A stretch of 64,000 bases of DNA, from the NCBI GenBank assembly GCA_040437565.1, contig JBDOQK010000004.1, forward strand, positions 558,001 through 622,000, read 5' to 3'. A program made the translations under genes and the position numbers. The DNA comes from Albugo candida. Taxonomy: Eukaryota. Below are positions 12,967-25,172 of the stretch, piece after piece; position 1 is the first letter of the stretch, and every line of letters begins with the position of its first letter. The notes beneath the pieces were generated by a model. That model saw nothing but the letters and a program-made list of their open reading frames with translations, did not search any database and was not told where the DNA came from.

Positions 12967-14135
12967 TTAACTGGTCGGTGAAGCAATGCGGCAATCAATC
13001 ATCCTGATTTGATCTGAGAATGTTTTGAAGCGTAGTTCGAGATTATCAAAGCGACAGCTATATACTGACGCATTTTGCTCGTTGATTTCGTTGTACACGT
13101 GCTCATTTCTTCTGCCGCGACCCTGATGAACACTTCGGATATCTAAGACGAGCATCTGCTCGATAGCATGTTGAGCATCCGTGAGCGTATCATAGAATCG
13201 ACATTGTCTTTCCTCCACAAATGTTACAAGTGCTTTGAGAGCTACTTCAGAGAATACGACCGGGCAGTCCACCTCAGCTGCTTTCGTTTCAGAGACCCAG
13301 GACGGACAACCGAAATCGAGGTTACAGTCCGCTGGAATGTAGGGCTTGATGTCCAGCACTGGGGTTTGATGGACAAAATCGTGACCGCTGATAGAAATCT
13401 CTCGTTTCGTAACGCAGACACTTTCGATCTTGACTAGACTGAGCCCCAAGCTGTTGGGCCGATGAGGAGTTCTTGTCGAGAAAACTCCGACTTTTTTCCC
13501 GCCCAGCCTGCTCATATGCATGAGAATCAAAGCCAGATAGGTGTAGAATCTCTTTTCACGGACCTTGGCGGTGCAATCTTGGCTATGAAGGAATCAGTGG
13601 TTCCATCTTGTTTGCTTAAATTTGTGTTTTCATGAAAAGTGAAGAGGACCCAGATATGACTGAATTCATCCAGACACTCGAGTGAGGCAGATGGAACAGA
13701 TCGCTGGAATCGGATGACTGCACGACTTAAAGGAACCAAATGACCCTGACGCGGAGTTCCCCGTCGATCAGTGAAGCAAGAGTCCACATGTGCAATCGCG
13801 TGAAAGCAATAGCCTTTCTTGGCTTGCAATTGCTGGATTCCAAGACATAGTTTCTAGCGTTTCAATGTTGTCAAAGTAATCGTAGATAATGATGCATTGC
13901 TTACACGCTCAGCATTGGTCCTACCAGTGCGTTCTTGTTGCCGCAATTCTCTCTGCTTCTGCAGATCCTTCTTCAATCGATCGTTGTCAGATTTTAGTTG
14001 TAGCATCTCATCGCGTATTTTCCGTGTTGTTGCATGATTAGCGGTAGAGCTACACAGATAGGTGCTATAGAAATGATACACTGCTAATCCGAGTACAAAA
14101 GTACAGCAACCCGGCAACAAAGCACTGGAGCTCAT
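12967..14135 (-). CDS. TRMO: tRNA (adenine37-N6)-methyltransferase TrmO/TsaA; exons 14135-13905, 13853-13564, 13507-12967
   Basis: TsaA motifs TPRQG, FSHIWVLFTFHEN, KIAPPR|LGGKKVGVFSTRTPHRPNSLGLSLV, TPVLDIKPY, LVLDIRS. GT-AG introns 13854-13904 and 13508-13563 join the three ORFs in frame. Confidence 0.92.
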
Positions 14136-16252
14136 CCGTCTTTCGTCGATACAGCGAGTTTATCAGTTACGCTTACCCGATCGCCATTGAAAGGAGCTCA
14201 AATAATACCATACTCAAATTCTTTGTGTGCTTTCTCATGAAGGATGTCTATTAGACTAAAGCCCATTACACGGAAGGATAATTTTCTACTGCACATATAT
14301 AGAAGCCCAAATGCCTTTTGCAAAGTTTGCTACTCTTACAGCATTTTGATACGTGTTCAGCGATCAGCTTAACTTTAGGTAAAAATGTTACGAATTTGAT
14401 GCACTTCATAAAGAATCCAAGCGCAGCCTCCAGTCGTCGTAGAATACGCTGAAAGTTGTATATATTGATCATTGCGGTGCCTTCACAAGTTGTTGTTGAG
14501 GAGGCATCATATCCAACGACATGCAAGCTTGTTATATCTGTGACCGACGGAGTGAACGAAATGGGCCACTCCCTACCATCGTCTATTTTTCCATCTCAAA
14601 GAGCTGAATGTGAACGATGTCGAGATGGATGGGCATTACGATCATGGCAAGCTCTCCTTCCCTTTTCACTACACGGGAACTTGAGAGTTGACACACCTAC
14701 GACATCTCCTCTATCGCTAATGACCAAAAGACCTGTGTAGATGGTCCAGAGATCCTAGTCAAAATAACACTACAATCATGAAGAAAATCATGGGTATCTG
14801 ATCTATCTTTATAGCATTGTTGTCAAGTCTCGATGCATTCTATCAAGCTTGTGACATCATTAAGGTAATCATAATCGATATCGTAGACATATTATGAAGA
14901 TGCTTCAGCAAGACGAGCTTTTTCATTCTCATATATGTTAATAAAGACCTTCAAACGAAGTCATTCCACCATTGGCACTGCACTAGTCTCCTCAGATGAC
15001 TACCCTTGCAAAATGAGTGGATCCGTTCATATATACGCGCTTTACTTTCCTGTCAAATGACCTTTTGCAGTAACAACATGAGGTGCTTGTTGAGATCAGA
15101 AACTGAGCGCGTTCTTTACCATTCCAGCCTTCTTTGTGTTTTTAAGTATTGAGTATCACGTATGAATATTAATCATGCTGTTCCGAGCAGAAACTGTAGA
15201 AATTATTCGTTTTTTCAACGAATACGACAAATATGATTTTTTCAGCAACCATGGAACCGCATGATCTCCCACATTTTTTTATGTGCCCCATCAATTTTCG
15301 CCTTCCCACTTTTCTGTCATTCTTTCTATTGTTACATGAGCTCGTCTTCTGCCGCGATGGTAGCTACCAATCATCAAAATAAATCTAGTTGGTCAACCGA
15401 TCTACAAAGTGAGTGATAAAATCCGCAATCAGGTGCCGCCCGAAGAATCAGTCTCTTTTCACTACTCCTACTTTGAGAGTCTTTTCCGTCTAATGGAATA
15501 GCAGTATCCATGATCGCTTTAACATAAATGTCACTCAGAATCTGCTTGTATACCAAGGATTCCAGCATGATGCTCATGCCCTGAACGACATTCCGAATCA
15601 ATTCACGAGATCTATTCACCTTGATAGGTACAGTAGCCATCGAGTGGAAGATCGAGTTCCACGGTTCAAGAAGGCAGCGATGTACTCAGGCATTAGAGAT
15701 GTCAGAATGATCTCTTGAGAAATGTAACAAAAGATCCATCGGATCGAAATGAACGTGACTTTTTGTGCTGTTTTGATCGAGTGGATTGATGGAGACAAGC
15801 AGGTTGATCGAGATATTGTTTCGCCATCGAAACGATAACGAAACTATACTTAAAAAGTTCAGCGATCACATGCAAATGGCGACCTATGTACAAATTTGCC
15901 TCGTCATACCTCCTTGCAATATCGGACACGGTTTCCCTATCAAAGTTCCCGCTCACCGTTCTTTTACGTCATCTCATGGCACTAATAGCCACGAAAGCGA
16001 CATTGATTTCGGTCTATGCTGTTTAAGATCGCAAGTAAACACTTTTTTCGCTTCAATTCTGCGCAACATTTTCTTCAGATCCGGGTGAATCTTTTTCTTG
16101 AAGCTCTTCTTCCTGTATCTCCCTGGTTTTTAACAGCGGATTTAGGTTTATATCAATGTGATCGACTCGAATATATCTATTGAATGGAAGCACATTGCAA
16201 CATTCGGAGTGGTAGAATCTCTGAGTGGATCTTATTCGGTATCGTTTCAAGA

Positions 16253-16758
16253 AAACGAGCAACTCTGTTCGAGAAAAAGAGCATTTATCTTAATTGTTGT
16301 ACAGTCACTGAGATGAATACGATGCTACAATTGATCTCGAACCCGCCTGATGTACCGTTCTCGGGCTCTCGTACAAAAATGTCAGCGCTTATGATTGCTG
16401 ACCTGTATGAATAAGAAAGAACGTCGGGTCAAATCTATTCAAGATAAATGTACACNNNNNNNNNNNNNNNNNNNNNNNNNNNNNNNNNNNNNNNNNNNNN
16501 NNNNNNNNNNNNNNNNNNNNNNNNNNNNNNNNNNNNNNNNNNNNNNNNNNNNNNNAAACGAGCAACTCTGTTCGAGAAAAAGAGCATTTATCTTAATTGT
16601 TGTACAGTCACTGAGATGAATACGATGCTACAATTGATCTCGAACCCGCCTGATGTACCGTTCTCGGGCTCTCGTACAAAAATGTCAGCGCTTATGATTG
16701 CTGACCTGTATGAATAAGAAAGAACGTCGGGTCAAATCTATTCAAGATAAATGTACAC
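16253..16758. repeat. Gap-flanking direct duplication (16253-16455 = 16556-16758)
   Basis: Identical 203 bp on either side of a 100-N gap. Confidence 0.85.
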
Positions 16759-19399
16759 CAAAGATGTGTATTTGATGTCGTGACGCAGCGGAACCTTCAT
16801 TATATATAAAACAACCGCTTTGGATCGAATAAGCTAATATTCACTTCAGCATCCTGCACTTGATGGCTGCAACAATTGACAAGATAGAGAATATCGGAAA
16901 GACACAAAATATATGTGATAGGTTGAGATTCGGAGTGCTTAGATAAAGGGTGCATTTAAGGCTCGCTGGAAGAAATATGAATGAGGTGCGAGTGAGCTCC
17001 ACATCTCAATTTTCCGTCTACTATAACTAACAAACTTTTGATCTTTTTTGTCATTCGTATGGCTCAAATCGGCGTTTAGCAACAACTAACCTAGCTGATC
17101 ACATAGGGTATACACTCAGGTGCCTCAATCATTATCTTCGTTATCGAAGGGAGCAATGGCATCAAACGATGCACAAAATATGCGTTGAAATTTCATGGCA
17201 AAGCGAGCGAACGTTGGCTTATAGTATTAGTACTATCGACGATCTCTTGAAAAATGTTGCGCCGATAGCCAATCTACTCGGCACGGCATTGCTGGCGGAA
17301 GCAATGGGTAAATTTGCATGAATCAAGCTTGATCGTTCAATATCTAGAAAGCGTTGTCTGAAGAGTCAGCTGGAGCGCCTGATAAATGTGATCAATTCGA
17401 TTGATCAAATTTTCTGTGTGGTCTGAACTGCTACAAAGAAGTCTGAAGCGACGCCTACTATCGGCAAAAAGCGCACAGCTTCATATGTGAATTCTTCTTT
17501 CGGCATTGCTGGAAAGAATTCTGGTCGCAGATTAGAAACATTTTGTAAAATCTCAGTGTTAATAATGGAACGAATGGGAAGAATCTACCAAAAGAGAAGG
17601 GACAGCAGGTTTGTTCTAGCGTACTGAGGTTGCTCAACGTAGATGGGCATGAAGCGCCTAGAAACTAGACCAAGAGTCCGAAATCAAGGAGTTCAAATCT
17701 TCCAGGATGCAAGCTTGACCGGAGTGCACCCTGCGGTTCGGACAGCGCAAACTTTCCGTCATTCATCAGCGATTTCCATACTTTTTTCTGATGATAGACG
17801 TCGAATATGTAACCTTTAGCACTTAACGTCTCTCGTGATGACCACGTGCATCGTCTTTGGACTGCTAATCCTTTCAGTGATCGCACTATATGCTCCGTTC
17901 TTTTTTTTTCTGGTTTCTCCCTTCTATAGACCACTTAAAGATGCCTAAAACGCATGGTGTACATGGTTATCTTGGAATTCTAGAGTGCCACATTTGATTC
18001 ACCAATTGGCTAGCTCAAAATCCGTTGATTATGAACCTTTATCGCTGATAGCATTCCTCACTACGCAATTATCAACTGAGATGACTTCATACTTTCAAGC
18101 ATCATCCTCATTAAGGTGGATCTGAGCATTGTCCGACATACTGAGATAAAAAGATCGACTGAATAAAAATGCCATCAGCTGAATTGAATTGGCAGCCAAT
18201 TCACAGAGGATTTCTTCACTTTATAAAAGCCTGCTGACTTTACCTCTTCCAAATTCTTACAGATCAGTTACTGATCCTTCTTCAGCGAAGTAAGCTGTAT
18301 CTATAGGTGTGCCGCCCGTAGAAAAGCTCACTCACAGAAGTTTAGGATACCATATACAATCAAGAAACGTATCATTTAATCAATCGTGGACTTCCAAGGT
18401 ATACAACAAATCGAAAGTTGTAGTACCTTGATGTTCAACCCAATCACAAGAGAGATGCTTTCGATATTACATACTAAGAATAGGGCAAGAAGATTCTGCG
18501 AGAGACTCTCGTGTCGAGGACACAATCCTTATTCGGGCATTGAAGGCATTAGATGTGAGATTTGAGATGTAGTCACGGAGAGAGTTGGAAAATAAAACAC
18601 CATTCATTACATTACAACTACATATGATAGAAATATCCTATTTCTTCTGAGAAGAGTCGGACTCTTCCGGAAAAATATTACCCAGCTTATGGTGAAGGGT
18701 TATACGCCTATCCCAGGAATGACTAGAAAATCACAATGCAGAACGTTTCGATATATATATCAATGATCGGGCGGGCGATCGGGCTTCATTTCATATAGGT
18801 TAATAAAATGTACGTGTCTTATATCGCAGTCAAAAAAACAAAAGATTGATAGCGACAAGCTACCACTTTACTTTGCAATTTTTCTCACTCCGACTACGAT
18901 CCCATGCTTCTTTTGTTAAGCACCTTTTTTTTATATATATTCTGACTCCAGTCCAACGATGGCTTTAAAGTGAAATGCAGATAACGTACCTGAATAACAA
19001 GTGGTTTCCGGAAGCGTAGAAGCGGGTATCCTACTCATCTTTGTCCTTCAGAAATTTGTCGTCGATTTTGATTCGTTTGAGCCCTTAGGGACTGAAAATG
19101 GAACCAACAGGGGTCGTTTGGTGTACGATCTTTATGCTTGTGCGCTGTTTTTGTCTCATGTAAGTATGAGATGTTCACAGAATTCCATTACAGTAAGCAT
19201 GTGTGTATGCAAGAAGGAAATAAATATTTTGTTGAATGATCGAACGATCGATAGTTTCGATCGCATAAGATATTGTCAACGCTACGCTATTTCGAGGTAA
19301 AAATCGAAATGGGACAGTGTAGTGCAAACAGGCTTTTCTACACTATTAGGAAATCAGCCCCAAAGAATGACAAACTAAGTTGTATCAATAAAATGAGTA

Positions 19400-20480
19400 T
19401 TTCGTCTCTTGCAAATTCATTTCCTGCGTTCTAAGAATTGTTTCATGCATATACAATTTCCTTCATGATGAGTACAATACATTTCATCTGATAAGTTCCA
19501 GTTTTGAATGTTGTCTAAGTAATCTGCAATGCAGTAGTGTGTTTTAAAATGGTAAAGTGTCGTGTCCATAATCTACGGCTACTTGACGTGTTCAATCATC
19601 TTATCAAATTGTTTGTGGAAATGCGTGTTCGAATAAATGGTGAGCTTGCTTCGGTGCATTAACTGTCGCATGAGGCTTCAAATTCCTCTGCAGCGCGCTC
19701 AGCAATTCATTATTCCTGCTATAGGCTCCTTTTTTGACATTCGCTTAAATAGAGCGCCACTTCCACTCCACCATCATGCAGTATCTGGTCTTTTCCGACT
19801 TTTGTCACTAACACGTTCCAATTCATTCCGACTTCTTTTACCACCAATCTTTTACCACCACTTCTTGTAGTTCGGTCATTATTTTTTCAATGCTCGCAAC
19901 TGTTCAGCATTAAATAACTCACGCTAAGTCATCTCGCTGAAAGAGATAGGCTGGGTGTCACTGCCGGATTCTTCTACAGCTAAATTACTATTTTAGTGGA
20001 AACCTTCCGATGCAAGTGCAGGTGGAAGTACCACATAGTGTCGATGCCATCGCATGACTGATTTAGTCGATTTGCGTTGTCCGAGCTGTAAGAATCTTGC
20101 TTGAGACACCTCTGCCGTAGCCGTTTCCATTCAATACCTCCGCTACCAACGCGTTTTGTGGTGAACCGTTTCGATTTCTACTTGAGGCTATCTTTTTTGC
20201 TGTCGAAGCGTTTAGCCTTAGTTTTTTGCTTTCTAGTCTTATTTGGAAAAGGTCAATCGGGCCATGAAATATCAGTAAAAAATCATCCGACACATGCAGA
20301 TATGAATCAAGACTCCAAGTCTTTGTGATTTTGCATGCTGATTGGGATATTGTATTCTAATCTAAGCTACTCTATTTGTGCAAATGCGCGTCGTTACATC
20401 GTTAAATAATGTGTCTAAACTTATAAATCGATGCAATCACTGGAAGGGACACACAAGAACCTCAAGATAAGCGAGAAAAA
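19400..20480 (-). pseudogene. Degenerate gene copy A of an unidentified family (paralog of 23400-25780)
   Basis: The reverse complement aligns by eye with 23400-23477 plus 25173-25780. The reading frame from ATGCAAAATCACAAAG is interrupted by many stops. Family not recognised. Confidence 0.5.
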
Positions 20481-20539
20481 TCGAGATGAAAAAAGAATGT
20501 ATAGCTTGCATAGGTGCTGAACGTCAAACCAGTGTCTGT

Positions 20540-20720
20540 GCAAGTGCGTGGGATGCCATCTGATCGACCCAAACGAATCAACTCTCTGCATCATCGACGC
20601 AAAGACTTAGTCGGAATTTGAGCTCGTTGCAGCAGCCTTGGATGCGCCCATGCAAAGAACATGTGGCCGTTACAGGAGGGTAGGACACAGCGTACGAAAA
20701 TGTGAAAGTGCAATTACAGG
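20540..20720 (+). mobile_element. Mutator/MULE transposase C-terminal fragment
   Basis: Translates as STQRL.SEFELV...QRTCGRYRRVGHSVRKC, the same layout as the C-terminal STRRNPSLFEHVE...KCGHCKDKGHYRSTC knuckle of the MULE at 42330-42450. Confidence 0.55.
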
Positions 20721-21114
20721 ACCCACAGGACCATTTTTTGAAATAAAGGTTTCTTGTGCCATGAATGACCCGTAAACAGTGAAATATTACGACCGAGTTT
20801 ACAGTACAGAATAGTATATTTTTGTGTCATGAACGAACCGTGAACTATGAAATAGTCTAACAAGAATGATCACGAGTGAACAAAGGCGAACGCGAACTAA
20901 ACTGAATGATTGCGAATTGAGCGCAAATAGTGGGCATCGATCAGTAGCGGGCAGTGCTATCATATTATTATATTGTCCCTTACCTACGCGTACGTTTTAG
21001 CACTACGCAAGATTAAAATTAGCCAATCATAGCAAACTGAGGGGATTCTACCAAACCCACTGAGGGGATATTATCGCTTCGCTTATTTTGACTATAAAAT
21101 GGAGAACTTTTATT

Positions 21115-21310
21115 GGTAGCCGGTATAGCCACACACCCTTTTTTGGTATAGCCACACCCCTAATCTGAATGAGAACACCGGTATCGTTAGACCCGCTAAT
21201 TATCTTAAATAAATGGGAGCCGGTATCGCTACACTAACTAAGTTAAATCAAGAAAACGGTATCGCCACCCCCCACTAAATCTCCCCTTGATCAAATGGGA
21301 CCGGTACGAG
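21115..21310 (+). repeat. Degenerate array of (CC)GGTAT(A/C)GCYAC units, probable DNA-transposon terminus
   Basis: Units at about 21120, 21145, 21178, 21220, 21257 and 21301 (ccggtatagccac, ggtatagccac, ccggtatcgtta, ccggtatcgctac, cggtatcgccac, ccggtacg). Confidence 0.55.
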
Positions 21311-22520
21311 GAGTGACGAATGAAGCGTCCAAATAAGCATATTAATGGTGAACGTATTTCCAATATGCGCAAGAATCTTCACGCTTGAAGACGTCCTCAC
21401 CCAGCATGATATTTATTTATAGGGTCCGTACCCAGCTCAGTTAAGGGTGTTCGCCCGTAGTACTTTTATTTAGACACCTTTCTGTTACTACAGTTTGGTA
21501 GTTATCTACTCTATTCTAATCACTAGTATGTAACGCTCTACGAACCCGGTCTAACTCCTGTACAGTTATTTTCTGGTGTAGTTGCCAGCGGTCTTGACAC
21601 GTCCATATCTNNNNNNNNNNNNNNNNNNNNNNNNNNNNNNNNNNNNNNNNNNNNNNNNNNNNNNNNNNNNNNNNNNNNNNNNNNNNNNNNNNNNNNNNNN
21701 NNNNNNNNNNCTTAAGTGATATTCACACGGTCAGGGGCTCATGATAGGATAAGGAAGGTAGTTAAAGAACCAGATAAACAGTGTAATGAAATTCTTGACA
21801 AAGCATGAGATACTTATATGCGCGTAGACCAAGTTCAACTTATTAAGCGATGTGGGGGTATAAATCGGCCTTTGAGGTATGACTGTAATAAATCCAAAGG
21901 GCAAGCCGACGCGCAATATTTGACTGCAAGCATCAGACGCTTCCCGTCTAGCACGAGATACGAAAATGCTGTGTACATATTTGACTGATGGGTATCAGCG
22001 TATGCTCTGTATTTTAATATACAAAAACGAAGGCGCCTTGATTAGCCAACTCTTAATCTTTAGAGAGTTTAATTCGATAAACAGCAAGCCCTGATAAAAA
22101 AACCGTCTCGTGAGACAGCCACCCTATGTCCGTTTTATAAGGGGAGTTGTGCTGGTAGCCACGCAAAGAGATTTTGAAGGGGTAGAGTGCACCATTTAAA
22201 TGCTTCTGTCATCATATGGTAGTCTCTTTTGAGCTCGACATCACTGCTGTTTGGTGCTGCATTTTCAATATCGTGGTGTGGATCAAACTTCAACATCATT
22301 GCACTCGCAATATCTATCTAGGTGAATTAGTAGGTTTCATATCTCTCTCGACTAACAATATTCAAGATTGAGACTTGAACAGGATATTGCAGCTATGATT
22401 ACCGTTGTGAAAACGGGAAGATGAATACCGACACAAACAAAGTAGCGAAAACGTCGATGTGAGGACGAAGCTTTTTGAACTTTATCTCCTGTAGTAACTA
22501 TATTGACCATAAATGCATTT

Positions 22521-23136
22521 ATTCAGATAATGTCGTTTTATAAGCTCCTTTGCACTGCTCGCGTTTGTACGTAATTGGATCATCTATGCATGTCTATCAT
22601 GATTGTTTCAAAATTTAGTTTAAATCTGGTGCAATGGAATGTGACGGTTTGCTTGAGATAATTAGATGTCGATATCATCGGAGCAGCAACCACTGGAAAA
22701 CAGTTTTAGATAATCCGATTGCGTGGAATACAAACCGTCAAGGACATCAATTTAAACACAACAATATCCTTATAAGAANNNNNNNNNNNNNNNNNNNNNN
22801 NNNNNNNNNNNNNNNNNNNNNNNNNNNNNNNNNNNNNNNNNNNNNNNNNNNNNNNNNNNNNNNNNNNNNNNNNNNNNNATTCAGATAATGTCGTTTTATA
22901 AGCTCCTTTGCACTGCTCGCGTTTGTACGTAATTGGATCATCTGTGCATGTCTATCATGATTGTTTCAAAATTTAGTTTAAATCTGGTGCAATGGAATGT
23001 GACGGTTTGCTTGAGATAATTAGATGTCGATATCATCGGAGCAGCAACCACTGGAAAACAGTTTTAGATAATCCGATTGCGTGGAATACAAACCGTCAAG
23101 GACATCAATTTAAACACAACAATATCCTTATAAGAA
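22521..23136. repeat. Gap-flanking direct duplication (22521-22778 = 22879-23136)
   Basis: 258 bp with one visible substitution (A22586 vs G22944). Confidence 0.85.
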
Positions 23137-23477
23137 TTTTCTATAAGCATCATAGAAAAAGAAGCCTTTTGTACGAATCTTACTTAAATTGCTATCCAGC
23201 GGTCGTTCCATTCCCCATCCCTATCTAGGCACTCCATGAGATTTCTGACAGAGTCCTTGAGAAAAATGGCCAACGGCGTGATTTTAGTCAGAGGCAATAA
23301 TTTGTCAAACTGAGGATGATCGGGTTCAAAGGATCCTGCATGAATGATGGCGTCTCAATTCGGCCTGTCCAAATCATATGAGATTTCACTCTCGTCTGTT
23401 TCTTATCTCTCACCTTGGGTTTCTTGTGTGTCCCTTTTAGTGATTTATCGATGTTTAAGTTTAGACATATATATTTA

Positions 23478-25172
23478 AGGTATTGATATCCCGACAACTT
23501 TTTTCTTCATTACAGCATGCCTAGTTGAAGTTTTCTATATTACTAGAATTATACGTAAATGACTTCTCTAATGCCTAAACTACAATAAATAAACAAAATG
23601 AATGCAATGTTGGTCTTGAACGCCGCAGCGAGGCTCAGTGACTGGAATAAGATAGTACTGAGTTAGAAACACCACGCATCACCGACTTAGCATCGTTGAC
23701 GGCGTCCAACTTGAAGCAGGCTGGGCCGAGTAGAGAAATACCTCCTGGCTGAACCAGTATGTTGATAAGACGCTAATACTTGTGTCAAGTGCTCGAGCTG
23801 CTCCGTATCATAGCACTGCCTATGAAAATAGCGGATATGGGCACTCAGTGTGCTATAATCACCGAAACAGCTGGGGCAGTTGGCGTCGAAGTGCCGTGGG
23901 CGAAAAGTCTGCGATTCCGATCCGTCCAAATCAAATGAATGCGACAAGACTAATAATGTAAACCAAAAATCCTCCAGAACCACTCGAAAAGGTTCCCACG
24001 CATCACGAAGTGCAGGAATCCGTGCACACGCGATATGTGACCATCGCGGGCGAACAGAAAAGAAGATTGTCCACGACGGAAAGATCTCTTGCCAAATTGG
24101 ACTTGTCCTGTTTCAATCGAAAAACAAATGCTGGTAGCTTTCGACCACGTCACAATGCTTCTGAGTGCACAGGATGATTTCTGGATGTGATTGTTGTAAA
24201 AACCAAAATCGTGCTCGAACTGGTAAGATACAGAAGGATATTCGGTACTGGACATCCGAATAGATCGGTAGCAAACGTCTGCGAAGAGGTTTGAATAACT
24301 TGTAGAATTCTTTCACCTATGTTGACACCACACTTCGATCACGTTCTGATACGTGAAGCAACATTGGGTGTGGTTTATCCGGTGGCCTTACCTTCCCAAC
24401 GACTCGATAAGGGTGATTCCGACGTATCATCGAAAAGAAAACCTTCTTGTCTGAGAGTTGAATGCCAAAGTGAACCGGATAAGCGTGTGCCATTTCCATT
24501 CCGGGACAGCGTAATACTCCAGCAGTTTAAGCTCGTCGCAGAATGTCCGTTGCTTCGACGTACAACCGGCGTAAAGACTTCGATTGAGACTGATCGGACA
24601 GCTGCCCGACCTCCCTTGTACTAAAACGCAAAAGAATTCGAGAGCAGAGGCGAACCAGTCCGTTCTCTTACCAAACAAGTCACGTAAAAACCGTATTTGA
24701 AATGCTTGAGAGAAGCGCATCCGAAAACTACGCGCTGGTAGGGGCACCATTCCCAGACATCGACGATAAGCAGAGACACTTGTTGACCGTCATCTCTTCT
24801 CAAAATTTAGATGAGAGTCGATATGAAACCATATGGGAGCATCCAACATCGTGAGAAATCGCTCCTGTTGTGATAGTTCTTTGTCGGTAAGATCCCAATG
24901 ACTTTGGTGGAACCAAATACATGTCTGCTTCCACNNNNNNNNNNNNNNNNNNNNNNNNNNNNNNNNNNNNNNNNNNNNNNNNNNNNNNNNNNNNNNNNNN
25001 NNNNNNNNNNNNNNNNNNNNNNNNNNNNNNNNNNAAAAAGTTGCGGGAATATCTATACCCAAAATTTATAGTTACAAAAAAGTTGTGGGAGTAGTGATTT
25101 AAGTAGGCATGATGTAATTTAAAATGAAAAATAAAAATGTAATCAAAAAAAGTTGTCGGGATATCAGTACCC
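23478..25172. mobile_element. Non-autonomous DNA transposon with terminal inverted repeats (MULE/MITE-like), containing a LINE fragment
   Basis: Left end AGGTATTGATATCCCGACAACTTTTTT; right end reverse complement GGGTACTGATATCCCGACAACTTTTTT. Subterminal repeats aaaaagttgcggga and aaaaaagttgtggga. The paralogous locus near 20410 lacks the insert. Spans the N gap 24935-25034. Confidence 0.7.
23600..24934 (-). mobile_element. L1/Tx1-like non-LTR retrotransposon, 3' part of ORF2 (zf-RVT region), degraded
   Basis: Minus-strand frames give VQYRISFCILPVRARFWFL...CTQKHCDVVESYQHLFFD.N.TSPIWQEIFPSW, a C..C...ES..HLFF.C zinc-finger pattern of L1-clade ORF2; several frameshifts. Confidence 0.7.

Noticed and set aside
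20755-20856. Degenerate direct repeat of about 33 bp (ttgtg.catgaa.ga.ccgt.aac..tgaaata)
   Set aside because: Only two diverged copies beside a MULE fragment; probably transposon-internal, and no function can be argued.
21115-21310. CRISPR-like spaced repeats
   Set aside because: Units are short, degenerate and irregularly spaced; eukaryotic context, no cas genes; better explained as transposon subterminal repeats.
22530-22630. Possible second CCG pseudogene (FALLAFVRNWIIYACLS*LFQ)
   Set aside because: Needs a frameshift and a stop-to-Cys change, and lacks the Gly spacing; insufficient support.
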